A stretch of 64,000 nt of DNA from a virus: positions 1 through 64,000 of the IMG/VR virus record IMGVR_UViG_3300028800_000071. One strand, written 5' to 3'. Below, one piece after another: positions 7,332 through 16,193 of this stretch (its first letter is position 1; each line of letters begins with the position of its first letter). Under the pieces are notes generated by a model, which did no database searches, was not told the origin of the DNA, and saw only the letters and a list, made by a program, of their open reading frames with translations. Made by a program: the position numbers and the translations under genes.

Positions 7332-8285
7332 GTGGACGGCGACGATCAACCGACGAGCAATCGTTCATCATTGGACGACGCGAGCTCGTTTTACGACCTA
7401 GACCATTCGTGGAAAGGCACCAAGCTCCCAAGCGGCGGCGGCATCGACGCCTTCTTCGCCCCCCTGGTCAAACAGCACAACGACGCCCTGGCCGACGAAA
7501 TGAAGCGCCAGGGCGTTTCGCGTCCCGAGGATATCCGCACCACCAACCGGGGCGCCTACGAGAACGTCGAAGCCCGGCAGCGCCAGCTGCAAGCCGAAGG
7601 CTACACCATGGCCGAGGCCCGCCAGATCGCCCGGGACGAAAACCCGCAGGCCATCGCCGATACCGAGAAGGCGACCGATCCGATCGGCGACCGAATCGAA
7701 AACATTATGGGCGTCAACCGGCGCGTCCATGCCGGCGGCGGGGGCGGCAACGTCACGAAGATCAAGCAAGAGCCGATCTTCGAGCCCTGCAAGACCTGCG
7801 GCGGCCACGGCGTCGATCTCAAAGCCGCAGCGGCCATGCCGAAAGATCGGCGCTTCGCCCTCGAATCGTTGCCGGTCTGCATCAAATGCAAAGGCGAAGG
7901 CAAGGTCAAGGTCGGGAGCCGCACCGTCATGGTGCAGTTGCTCGGGGCCAAGTCGGCCGGCGGCGGGGGCGGCAGCGGCGGCGGCAAGATGAAGCGCGAC
8001 AAGAAAGGCGGCGCAGCCTACGGCGAGGGGTACATTCTCGCCTCCTACGGCGGCCGCTACGAAACGATCGAAGAAGAACCCCGCACCGAATTCCGAACGG
8101 CACGCGTCACGCAATCGACCGACGAAGTGCTCGACGAGCTCGAACAGGAGACCGGCGTCAACACCGCCGGCCTTTTAGCTGCGGTCGCGACGTTGCGCAA
8201 GAAGTGCCACGATCCCAACGCTCAGATCGCGCTCGCTATGCTGCTCGGCGTCGCGCCGGCGCCCAAGCAGCGCCGCGCCTCGTGA
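7332..8285 (+). CDS. CxxCxGxG zinc-finger protein, possible late regulator
   Basis: CKTCGGHG and CIKCKGEG; AAGGGAGA RBS. Confidence 0.6.
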   Translation: MDGDDQPTSNRSSLDDASSFYDLDHSWKGTKLPSGGGIDAFFAPLVKQHNDALADEMKRQGVSRPEDIRTTNRGAYENVEARQRQLQAEGYTMAEARQIARDENPQAIADTEKATDPIGDRIENIMGVNRRVHAGGGGGNVTKIKQEPIFEPCKTCGGHGVDLKAAAAMPKDRRFALESLPVCIKCKGEGKVKVGSRTVMVQLLGAKSAGGGGGSGGGKMKRDKKGGAAYGEGYILASYGGRYETIEEEPRTEFRTARVTQSTDEVLDELEQETGVNTAGLLAAVATLRKKCHDPNAQIALAMLLGVAPAPKQRRAS

Positions 8286-8498
8286 ATGCCGCCGCCTGAT
8301 CGGAAGATCTTTGGGATACCGGATGGGCGACACAATAGCGATTGGTGGGACGCCGATCATATCGTGCCGATCATCGAGGGCGGCAAGAACGAGCTCGCCA
8401 ACCTGCGCACGCTCTGCCTCGCGTGCCACCGAGGCCACACCGCAGCGCTCGCGCGACGCCGAGCCGACGCGCGCAAGGGAAAGATCGCGTTACTGTGA
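8286..8498 (+). CDS. HNH endonuclease (short)
   Basis: DADHIVPIIEGGKNELANLRTLCLACHRGHT. Confidence 0.8.
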   Translation: MPPPDRKIFGIPDGRHNSDWWDADHIVPIIEGGKNELANLRTLCLACHRGHTAALARRRADARKGKIALL

Positions 8499-8648
8499 TC
8501 GCCTGGCCGTGGTTGGTCTTTGCCTTTTACGTCGGCGTCGTGGTTGGCGCTTGCGTTGTCGATGAATTGAAAATCCGTAACGATCGCCACTAAAGGAAGC
8601 GCGTCTCGGAAAACGCCGGGCTGAGACTTTCGATCGGCAATCGAATGC

Positions 8649-8678
8649 TTGACAGACACGCCAGCGCCAGGTTAGTAT
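8649..8678 (+). promoter_or_regulatory. sigma70-like promoter
   Basis: TTGACA (8649-8654), 18-bp spacer, TAGTAT (8673-8678) in an intergenic gap. Confidence 0.65.
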
Positions 8679-8725
8679 CAGCGCCAGAGGCCGAGCCCTC
8701 GACCGTGTGTCACACGGAACTCACG

Positions 8726-8758
8726 AACGGAACTGCGTAGCGGGTCCGTTTTTTGTTT
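8726..8758 (+). terminator. intrinsic terminator
   Basis: AACGGAACTGC-GTA-GCGGGTCCGTT followed by a T-tract. Confidence 0.65.
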
Positions 8759-8806
8759 AACGTTGAACGCAGGGAGCAAGCGGCGTTTCACGGTAACAGC
8801 GTTGAT

Positions 8807-9103
8807 ATGCGTGCGTGTAGCCGTTGCCAAGGGCCTCACGATCGAAACGGTCGATATTGTCGCGCTTGCCATGCGGAATATATGCGTACGTGGCGCCTTT
8901 CTCACCCATTAAAAGGCGAGCAGCGACGTAAAGATATCGCGCGAGCGTATGCAAACGTTTATCAGCGGCGCGGTCATTTGAAGCCGCGGCCGTGCGTCGA
9001 TTGCGGCGACCCGAAGTCGCAAAAGCATCACGAAGATTACAGCAAGCCGCTCGACGTGATCTGGCTCTGCCGATCTTGTCATCTAAATCGACACAAAGTT
9101 TGA
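8807..9103 (+). CDS. HNH-like endonuclease
   Basis: CVDCG...KHHEDYSKPLDVIWLCRSCH. Confidence 0.75.
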   Translation: MRACSRCQGPHDRNGRYCRACHAEYMRTWRLSHPLKGEQRRKDIARAYANVYQRRGHLKPRPCVDCGDPKSQKHHEDYSKPLDVIWLCRSCHLNRHKV

Positions 9104-9365
9104 ACTATTTTCCGCCAGATGGCGGGGCCAATCCCCGTCCAGGTTGGTTCCCGCTTACATGAAAGGCCAACCGCCTGTTGATCGCGCCCGGCCTCATCGA
9201 GCACGCCTTCTCCGATCGCAAAGTCGCGGTCGTGATTACGTGCGAGCTCGAGCGTAGGGTCCCGCTTCGCTTGATCTTCGGCAGCGGTGCGCCGCATGAC
9301 GTGTTCCTTACGGTCCGAGTGCCGTATGCGAACGGTTGGACGCTCTCGCTCAACTAGGAGGACGG

Positions 9366-9866
9366 ATGCCCGACGCTCGCGCGTGCAAAAACCCCGAGGT
9401 GTGGTGCAAAGTTTGCGGCCGCGGTTACACCGAATCGTCGCTCAAGTTCCACGCCTATGAGAAGCACCCCGGCGTCAAGCGCGCCGATTGGTACTCGGCC
9501 CTGCCCGTGCGTCTCGCCGATCTGCCGGACGCCATCGGTGCCGAAACGGATCTCGCGCCGGAACAAGCGGTCGGCATCATCAACGAGCTCGACGTCGATG
9601 GACCGCCGCTCTCTGCCGTCCCTGATCTGCCGAAGGTCCATTCGGCCGTTGTGGGTAGAAAGTCGGTGGAGAAAGATACCGTCACGTCGATCTACGCAAA
9701 CTTGCCGTGGCTCACGTATCCGAAATCGGTTGCCGAATGCGACGACGCCTTGAACTTGCTCGCCGTGGCGATCGAACAAGCCGACCGCGCTCTCCCGTTC
9801 TTCTTGAGCTTGCGAGCCATCGCAACGGCGCTCCGTAAGCGCCTCGCCGAAGGAAAGGCTGCCTAA
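9366..9866 (+). CDS. C2H2-type zinc-finger hypothetical protein
   Basis: CKVCGRGY...LKFHAYEKH; AGGAGG RBS. Confidence 0.65.
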   Translation: MPDARACKNPEVWCKVCGRGYTESSLKFHAYEKHPGVKRADWYSALPVRLADLPDAIGAETDLAPEQAVGIINELDVDGPPLSAVPDLPKVHSAVVGRKSVEKDTVTSIYANLPWLTYPKSVAECDDALNLLAVAIEQADRALPFFLSLRAIATALRKRLAEGKAA

Positions 9867-9867
9867 A

Positions 9868-10083
9868 ATGCTATCCGTCCTACTCGCCCTCGCATCCGTA
9901 CCGTTGCTCCAGATCATCGTTTCGATCATCGTCGTCGGCGTGCTCTTGTGGCTCGTCAACGCCTACATACCCATGGAAGCCGGCATCAAGCGGCTGCTCA
10001 ATATCGTCGTCATCTGCTTGCTCGTGATCTGGCTGCTCGATATCTTCGGCCTGCTCGCCTTCTTGAAAACCATGCGCGTCTAA
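9868..10083 (+). CDS. small two-TM membrane protein (Thivi_2564-like)
   Basis: IIVVGVLLWLVNAYIPM..IKRLLNIVV..LLVIWLL pattern. Confidence 0.7.
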   Translation: MLSVLLALASVPLLQIIVSIIVVGVLLWLVNAYIPMEAGIKRLLNIVVICLLVIWLLDIFGLLAFLKTMRV

Positions 10084-10084
10084 C

Positions 10085-10396
10085 GTGCCTGGTCACGATG
10101 GCGTGGCGCACCCGGTCATCAAGCGCCCCAAAGGCGCGCAGCCGCTCCCGTTCTGGATCGCCGACGCCTGGGTGCTCGGACACGATCCCGACGGGCGCAA
10201 CTACCGCAGCACCATCATCGCTCGATCGCGAGCCGAGCGCCGTGAAGGCCTCGTAGTCAAAATCTACGACGACGAGCTCGCCGGCAAAACGGAAAAAGAA
10301 GCCAATGCCTACGTCGGCCAAAAACTTGCACGCGCGCTCATCAATCTCGGGTTCGGTTGGTTCGTTCTGAAGCACAAACTCTCCGCAAAGGAATAA
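10085..10396 (+). CDS. hypothetical protein
   Basis: Fills an operon slot; typical codon usage. Confidence 0.6.
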   Translation: MPGHDGVAHPVIKRPKGAQPLPFWIADAWVLGHDPDGRNYRSTIIARSRAERREGLVVKIYDDELAGKTEKEANAYVGQKLARALINLGFGWFVLKHKLSAKE

Positions 10397-10399
10397 ATC

Positions 10400-11020
10400 A
10401 TGTCCGTCCAAAGTCCGCTCGGCGTCGGCCCCCTCATCGTGAAAGCGATCGGGTACGTCAAAGGCACGCTCGGAACGTATGCCGGCCTCACCGTCATTAG
10501 CGTCAGCGGGGGCAATCGGTTCCCGATCTCCCAACTCATCGCTACCGCCGTCAACCAATTCGCAAAAGCAACCGGCGAAGCCGGCGGCACCTGGGCGCTC
10601 AACGACACCGCCACGGCCACCATCAACGGGCACGCCACCGTCTACACCGCCGGCGCATCGCCAACGCCGACGAGTGTCATCGCCGGTCTTGCCGCCGCGA
10701 TCAACGCCGACAGCACCTCCAAGCTCATCGTCAAAGCCACCGCGCTCGGCAACGTGCTCACGGTCCGATCGCTCAACGCAGGCGCCACCGGCGAATACAC
10801 CTTCGTCCTCACCAAGAGCAGCAGCGGCACCCTCGTCGCCTCCAACGACGAGCTTCAAGTCGGCCAAGGCGAGCCGGGCGCCGGCCTCCCGGCCGATCTC
10901 TCGCTCGTGCGCCACATGACCCGCAATGCCGTAGCGCTCGGGTCCGGCGGCGGATCCGGCGTCACCTACGACCAAACGGTCGACAACGCCGTCATTGACT
11001 ACGTAACGCAATACGGATAA
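10400..11020 (+). CDS. putative virion structural or decoration protein
   Basis: G/A/T-rich beta-type sequence with IAGLAAAINA...VKATALGNVLTV, seen in virion accessory domains. Confidence 0.55.
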   Translation: MSVQSPLGVGPLIVKAIGYVKGTLGTYAGLTVISVSGGNRFPISQLIATAVNQFAKATGEAGGTWALNDTATATINGHATVYTAGASPTPTSVIAGLAAAINADSTSKLIVKATALGNVLTVRSLNAGATGEYTFVLTKSSSGTLVASNDELQVGQGEPGAGLPADLSLVRHMTRNAVALGSGGGSGVTYDQTVDNAVIDYVTQYG

Positions 11021-11472
11021 TGTCCGACGGCATCAAAGCGGCCGAAGCTATCGTCCGCGATCACGCCCGCGAAAGCGGAGCAATCTCAGCCTTCCTCGAC
11101 AACTACACACCGGGCGAAAAGGCCGCCGCGCACGTCATGGTCTGGGACCATCGCGTCATCGTCGTCGGCCACAGCCACAATCAAGCCGCCTGCGTAGCTA
11201 TGAGCTCGGCCATCCAAACCACCGCCGCGATCGCACGAGCGCTCAGAACGGCCGAGAGCGTCGAGCTCTACAAAACCGTCCACGGCGAGCCCGTGTACGA
11301 TATCATCTTCAAACAAGGCAAGCGATCACGCCTCATCGTCGCCGCCCTACTTTCATCGTTCGCCGGCATTGCCAAAACGGCCGACAAAACCCCAGGCGAT
11401 GCCATGGTGCTCACCGATCACCGCAAACTGATCCCCGATACCAAAGATGCCGCGACAAACGCCGCTTCTTGA
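11020..11472 (+). CDS. Prp (YsxB/DUF464)-like cysteine protease
   Basis: VIVVGHS...AACVAMSSAIQT resembles the Prp GH(A)...VCAAVS..QT His-Cys dyad; later helix LIVAALLSSFAGIA. Confidence 0.6.
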   Translation: MSDGIKAAEAIVRDHARESGAISAFLDNYTPGEKAAAHVMVWDHRVIVVGHSHNQAACVAMSSAIQTTAAIARALRTAESVELYKTVHGEPVYDIIFKQGKRSRLIVAALLSSFAGIAKTADKTPGDAMVLTDHRKLIPDTKDAATNAAS

Positions 11473-11851
11473 GGCGCACGAAGATAATCTCGATGAAGCC
11501 TACAAGCTCGCCGTAGCAGAACGGTTCCTTCACCAAGATTATATCTACCTCGTCGTCGAGCCCAAAGGCAAAATCGGCAAGCATATCAACCTCTGGGAAG
11601 ATTCGATCGGCGAGGTCGTCGGCCGCAAGTTCTACGACGACCCCGACTTCGGCGACACGGACTACGAAGAAAAAACGGTTCAACCCGATCTCATCCAGCG
11701 CCGCACAACCCAAGCCCTCATCGTGCGAATGCGCATCGCCGACGTCATGGAAGCCGTACGGCGCCGTGCCCGAAACGAAATCCGAGAAGAACAGGCGCCG
11801 ATAACAGCAAACCAAATGCGCGGCAACGGCCGCGCCAATCTCGCGCGCTGA
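11447..11851 (+). CDS. hypothetical protein
   Basis: ORF with typical codon usage. Confidence 0.65.
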   Translation: MPRQTPLLEAHEDNLDEAYKLAVAERFLHQDYIYLVVEPKGKIGKHINLWEDSIGEVVGRKFYDDPDFGDTDYEEKTVQPDLIQRRTTQALIVRMRIADVMEAVRRRARNEIREEQAPITANQMRGNGRANLAR

Positions 11852-11888
11852 CGCGCAAACGAAAGGGCGGCGATGATGCCGTAAATAC

Positions 11889-12425
11889 ATGGCTGGACGC
11901 TCAAAGGTCAATTGGCTTGCCATCCGTACCGCCTACGTGGTGCAACAATGGACAGCCGAGCGCTGCGCCAAAGAATTCGGCCTCGATCCCACCACTATCA
12001 GAAAACGCGCCTCTAAAGAAGGCTGGACCCAAGAACGCCATCGTCTCAACACGCACGCGGAGGACGTTGCTGACGAAGCCGTCCAGAAAGCCGTCAATGA
12101 TGCCGCTCGCAAGCAGCAAATGGTGCTCGATGGTTTGATCTTGTGGTCGGCGCAGTTCATCCGTGATTCGAACAACGATCTCGGGTTAATCAAGAATCCG
12201 TACTCACGGGTTCGAGCTCGCCGCGACGTGATTGAAATGATCGGCACGTTTGCCAAGACGCATCAGATCGCCAATATCGATAGGCCGCAAGAGCGTGATG
12301 ACACGTTGACGATCGTGCAGCAGCGCGTGGAGCCCTATAAGATCGCCGTTGGCGAAGATGGCCGTGCGATACCGGAGCTCATGCCGCCAGACGATGACGA
12401 CGGAGAACCCGACGACGATGACTAA
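11889..12425 (+). CDS. terS: terminase small subunit
   Basis: N-terminal HTH NWLAIRTAYV...CAKEFGLDPTTIRKRASKEGW; upstream of TerL. Confidence 0.75.
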   Translation: MAGRSKVNWLAIRTAYVVQQWTAERCAKEFGLDPTTIRKRASKEGWTQERHRLNTHAEDVADEAVQKAVNDAARKQQMVLDGLILWSAQFIRDSNNDLGLIKNPYSRVRARRDVIEMIGTFAKTHQIANIDRPQERDDTLTIVQQRVEPYKIAVGEDGRAIPELMPPDDDDGEPDDDD

Positions 12426-12702
12426 CGTGATCGGCCGGCACGTTGCCGCCTATGCCGATGCCGAGAACCCGGGCGACTTTTGGTTTCGACCTGGCTACAG
12501 CGATCGGGTCATCATGATGCTCTCGTACTTGTGTCCGCAATGCGGCGAGCTTCGGTGCGTGCCGATCTCGCTCTCGCCGGCGACGAATCGGTGGGATTGG
12601 GATGGCGAGTACGATCGCCCAACGCTCAAGCCGTCGATCCGTCAAATGGACGGGTGCCAATGGCACGGATGGCTCACGAAAGGCATCTGGGTAACGGCGT
12701 GA
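12418..12702 (+). CDS. DUF6527-like Cys/His/Trp protein
   Basis: CPQCG...WDWDG..PTLKPSI...CQWHGWLTKGIW. Confidence 0.65.
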   Translation: MTNVIGRHVAAYADAENPGDFWFRPGYSDRVIMMLSYLCPQCGELRCVPISLSPATNRWDWDGEYDRPTLKPSIRQMDGCQWHGWLTKGIWVTA

Positions 12703-14135
12703 TCGTTCGCCTGCAACACCTGCCGGCGCAAGACGACTTCTACAACGCGCAAGAAGATCAGATCTCATTCATCGGTGGCCTCGGCTGCGGCAAGACGCGC
12801 GTGGCATCCGACGACGTACTGCGCACCGCTGCAATGTATCCGCATTGCGGTAAAGGCGAGCGCACACCCGGCATTGCGATCTGCTCGAACACCTTTCAGC
12901 AGCTGATCGACGGTACGATGGCCACCTTCTTCGAGCGATGCGAGGAGAATTGGAAGGTCCATTATGTCGACCGCATCCGCGCCGAGCACAAGATCTACAT
13001 AAAAGAGTTTGACGCCTGGATCGGCGTCTATTCGGTTGACGAACCCGACAAGTTCAAATCGTACGAGTTCTGCTACATTTGGATTGACGAAGCGCAAGCC
13101 GACACGTGGAACAAGCCGGCCTACGACAAACTGATCGGCCGTCTGCGTGGCACCGTACGCCAACGCAAACTCTATCCAGACATGGAACTCCGCGTACGCA
13201 TCACGGCTAACCCGCCGTGGACAATGGATCATTGGCTCGTTGATCTCAACACCAAGAAGAATGCCGAGACCGGCCGCGCGCCGTCACGGCTGATCACCGC
13301 GAGCACGTACGACAACCCGTTCTTGCCGGCGCAATACATTCAGCGCCTCAAAGAGAACTTCGACCCCGAGCTCGCCGAGATCGAAATGGGCGGCAAGTTC
13401 GGCGATATCGGCTTCGGCCGCATCTTCCGCCGCTTCTCCCGCAGCAAGCACGTCTTTGATGCCGAGCGCGCCGAGAAGTATGGCCTGCCGCCGATCGTCG
13501 CCGACCCGAACCTGCCGATCTGCTGGTCGCACGACTTCAACGTCGATCCGCTCTGCTCGGTGATCTTCCAATGGCGCCGTATCAGAGTGAACGGCTTCCA
13601 ACGCGTGGTCATGTACGTGCTGGACGTGATGCAAATCCGTAACTCGCTCGTGGAAGAAGCCGTCAAAGAGTTTCTCAATCGCCGGCCGTACGTCAAGATC
13701 GCACGGCGCCGTGGTTTGATTCTGTACGGTGACGCCACCGGCAATACGCAAACCAACCGGCAGACCGGCCTTACGGACTTCGAGGCGCTCACGCAAGAGC
13801 TCGAACGCAACGATCTCTGGGGTTCGATCGGGCAGAAGCAAGTCGGCATAGCGAACCCCGAGCGCATCGCTCGGTACGCCGCCGGCAATCGGATGCTCGA
13901 AGATTCAACCGGCAAGATCGGTGTCGTGATGAACGAAGGCACGACCGAACCGCTGGTCATCGACCTGGAACGAATGTTCTACAAACCTGGAACTCGCAAC
14001 GTCGAGATTCCCAAATACAAAGATGGCAGACCCACGAAGCTCTTTACTCACTTGGCAGACGCGTTCTCGTATCCGATCGCACAGGACTTTCCGGTGCGCG
14101 TAATCGAGAGCGCCGAGCCTACAACGTCGAGGTAA
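12699..14135 (+). CDS. terL: terminase large subunit
   Basis: Walker A GGLGCGKT, Walker B YIWIDEA, TANP, nuclease DFNVDP and HLADAFSY; GTG 12699 overlaps the upstream stop. Confidence 0.93.
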   Translation: MIVRLQHLPAQDDFYNAQEDQISFIGGLGCGKTRVASDDVLRTAAMYPHCGKGERTPGIAICSNTFQQLIDGTMATFFERCEENWKVHYVDRIRAEHKIYIKEFDAWIGVYSVDEPDKFKSYEFCYIWIDEAQADTWNKPAYDKLIGRLRGTVRQRKLYPDMELRVRITANPPWTMDHWLVDLNTKKNAETGRAPSRLITASTYDNPFLPAQYIQRLKENFDPELAEIEMGGKFGDIGFGRIFRRFSRSKHVFDAERAEKYGLPPIVADPNLPICWSHDFNVDPLCSVIFQWRRIRVNGFQRVVMYVLDVMQIRNSLVEEAVKEFLNRRPYVKIARRRGLILYGDATGNTQTNRQTGLTDFEALTQELERNDLWGSIGQKQVGIANPERIARYAAGNRMLEDSTGKIGVVMNEGTTEPLVIDLERMFYKPGTRNVEIPKYKDGRPTKLFTHLADAFSYPIAQDFPVRVIESAEPTTSR

Positions 14136-14142
14136 AACAATC

Positions 14143-15042
14143 ATGGACGGCAATATCGGCAACGATTTCAACGAGCAGATCAAGGAAGGGCTCGAGGATC
14201 AAGAAGGCGTCGGCGACAATCAGGTCACGGACGGCACCGGCGTTGAGAGTGCCGATCAGACGCAAGACCGGCTTCGTGGCGAAGGCCCCGGCGCGCAAGG
14301 CGACGGTCCCCAGGAAGATGACCCGATCACCGGCCGGCAGGGCATCGATCGGCCTTCTGCCGGTGCCAAGAGCGGTGCAGAGACCGAGTACGATCCCAAC
14401 CGCGCCAACGCGGCCGGAATGGGCGAAGGCGCCGGCCATGCGCCGGTCCCGCACGAGCAGGACCGCACCCGCGACAAGGTGATCGAGCTCAATCCCGACG
14501 AGACCGAGCGCACCGATGCCGACACCGGCTTCGACGAGATCGACAACGTGCGACCGGGTGACGCCGCCGCCGACGAGCTCGGCGAGCGTAGCGGCTATCT
14601 CGGCCAGGATCGCACCGAGGATGCCCCGGGTGGTCCGCTCGTCGATCACACCGCCTTCGGCGAGAAGCTCATGCAGATCGCCAAGTTGTTCGTCACGCAG
14701 TATTCGGTCAATGCCTTCGGTTGCAAAGCGGCGATCGACAAATACATGGCCGAGCATCACCTCGCCGGCAGCACGCTCATCACCGAAAACACCAACACCA
14801 ACGCAACGGCGCCGGTGATCAACGTCACGGTCATTCTCGACGACGAGCAGCACCTGTTCTACGTGTCGCTCAAGCGCGGCGATCAAAACCTCGTCGGCGA
14901 AGCCGTCGTGTTGCACGACAACACCGAAGGCAAAGACGGCGTAGTGGTCGACAAAAGCGGAGATCCGTTGCATCGGTACGTTGACCGCCCGGTGACTACG
15001 AGCCCCGGCGGCCCGCACGAGCACCCGCCGTACGATCGGTAA
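14143..15042 (+). CDS. acidic low-complexity hypothetical protein
   Basis: D/E/G-rich N-terminal half; GAGG RBS. Confidence 0.7.
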   Translation: MDGNIGNDFNEQIKEGLEDQEGVGDNQVTDGTGVESADQTQDRLRGEGPGAQGDGPQEDDPITGRQGIDRPSAGAKSGAETEYDPNRANAAGMGEGAGHAPVPHEQDRTRDKVIELNPDETERTDADTGFDEIDNVRPGDAAADELGERSGYLGQDRTEDAPGGPLVDHTAFGEKLMQIAKLFVTQYSVNAFGCKAAIDKYMAEHHLAGSTLITENTNTNATAPVINVTVILDDEQHLFYVSLKRGDQNLVGEAVVLHDNTEGKDGVVVDKSGDPLHRYVDRPVTTSPGGPHEHPPYDR

Positions 15043-15070
15043 TCCTTAACCCCCGAAAGGGGAACCCAAA

Positions 15071-15340
15071 ATGAACACACTTGAGCAACTTGGTCTCGCG
15101 CTCGCATTCGTCCAACTGTGCATCGGCGTTGGTGTAGTTGTCAGCGGAAGTGAGATCGTTAAACGTCTTGATACGATCAAGAAAAACACAGACGGCACGC
15201 TGACAGAGTTGCGGAAAAGGAACATAGTCTTGCAAGACGGCAAGGACGTTCTACGGGACGAGAAAGAGGTGCTCGTGGATAAGGTTCACCTCGCTTCGAC
15301 TACTGCTGCCACACGGAAGCGCAAGACACGACGACGTTAG
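15071..15340 (+). CDS. single-TM protein with coiled coil and basic tail
   Basis: Hydrophobic N-terminus; RKRKTRRR C-terminus. Confidence 0.6.
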   Translation: MNTLEQLGLALAFVQLCIGVGVVVSGSEIVKRLDTIKKNTDGTLTELRKRNIVLQDGKDVLRDEKEVLVDKVHLASTTAATRKRKTRRR

Positions 15341-15353
15341 CCAAAGAGGAACA

Positions 15354-15830
15354 ATGATCGAGCTCAAGCAGCTGGCAGAACTCGCCAGCAAGTTCCCGAT
15401 GCTTCGCCTAGAGATCGCCACCGGCACGGCGATCACGATCGAAAACGGTTCGGTCGGCGAGCATCCGTACCAACGTGCCGTCATGCACGTGAGCGATGGC
15501 GACGAAAAAGGTCAATCGTTCGAGTTCTCCGGTGTTGGCGATGGCGTAACGGCGTTGCGCCTCTGTCTTGCGCTGCTCGGTCAACCGAATACCGATCACG
15601 CCAAGGTTGCCCCGGCGGTAGAGATCGCCGGCAGAGCAATGCCGCCGGTCGAGATCGAGGAAATCAGCGAAGGCGAGCAAGACCCGCCGGCCGTCGCGCC
15701 GCCGCCGCCACCCGCGACGGCATCGCGCTTTGCCGATCGGCAGCAACAGCCCGAGCAAAAGAAGTCGCGATCGGCAAACGGCAAACAGCCGGTCGTCGCC
15801 GGCGCAAGCTCAACACTACTGCGCCTCTAG
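15354..15830 (+). CDS. hypothetical protein
   Basis: GAGGA RBS. Confidence 0.65.
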   Translation: MIELKQLAELASKFPMLRLEIATGTAITIENGSVGEHPYQRAVMHVSDGDEKGQSFEFSGVGDGVTALRLCLALLGQPNTDHAKVAPAVEIAGRAMPPVEIEEISEGEQDPPAVAPPPPPATASRFADRQQQPEQKKSRSANGKQPVVAGASSTLLRL

Positions 15831-15842
15831 GAGATCCCGAAC

Positions 15843-16190
15843 GTGCATGAATCCGTAGAGAACTACGCCATTGGCGCAGGCGGCAACTATGACTTCCTCG
15901 ATAGCGGCACACCGAATGTTGCAAGTCTCGGTAGTCCGCGCCTCGGCCAACCGAACCGGCTAACGTTGGCCGTGTGGTCGGTCGATAACGCGAGCACGTT
16001 CACGGTCTTTGTTTCGTACGACAAAACGATCTGGGTGCCGGCGACACTTCGCGGCACCGCCACGAAGGTGAGCATCGTAGCGGCCGGTAGCGGCGACGGG
16101 CTTGCCGTTGAGATCACGCCGGCGCCATACGTGCGCATCCATTCGAGCGCGGCGTGCAAAATGTTCGCCTGGGCTTATATCTCCAACTAA
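15843..16190 (+). CDS. hypothetical beta-rich protein, possibly structural
   Basis: AGGAG RBS; alternating beta pattern ending in PYVRI. Confidence 0.6.
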   Translation: MHESVENYAIGAGGNYDFLDSGTPNVASLGSPRLGQPNRLTLAVWSVDNASTFTVFVSYDKTIWVPATLRGTATKVSIVAAGSGDGLAVEITPAPYVRIHSSAACKMFAWAYISN

Positions 16191-16193
16191 CGA

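Noticed and set aside
9100-9357. Stop-codon recoding suggested by in-frame TGA codons near 9160, 3324 and 3407
   Set aside because: Conserved genes end normally at TGA, TAG and TAA with ATGA couplings; alternative starts or local decay explain these cases
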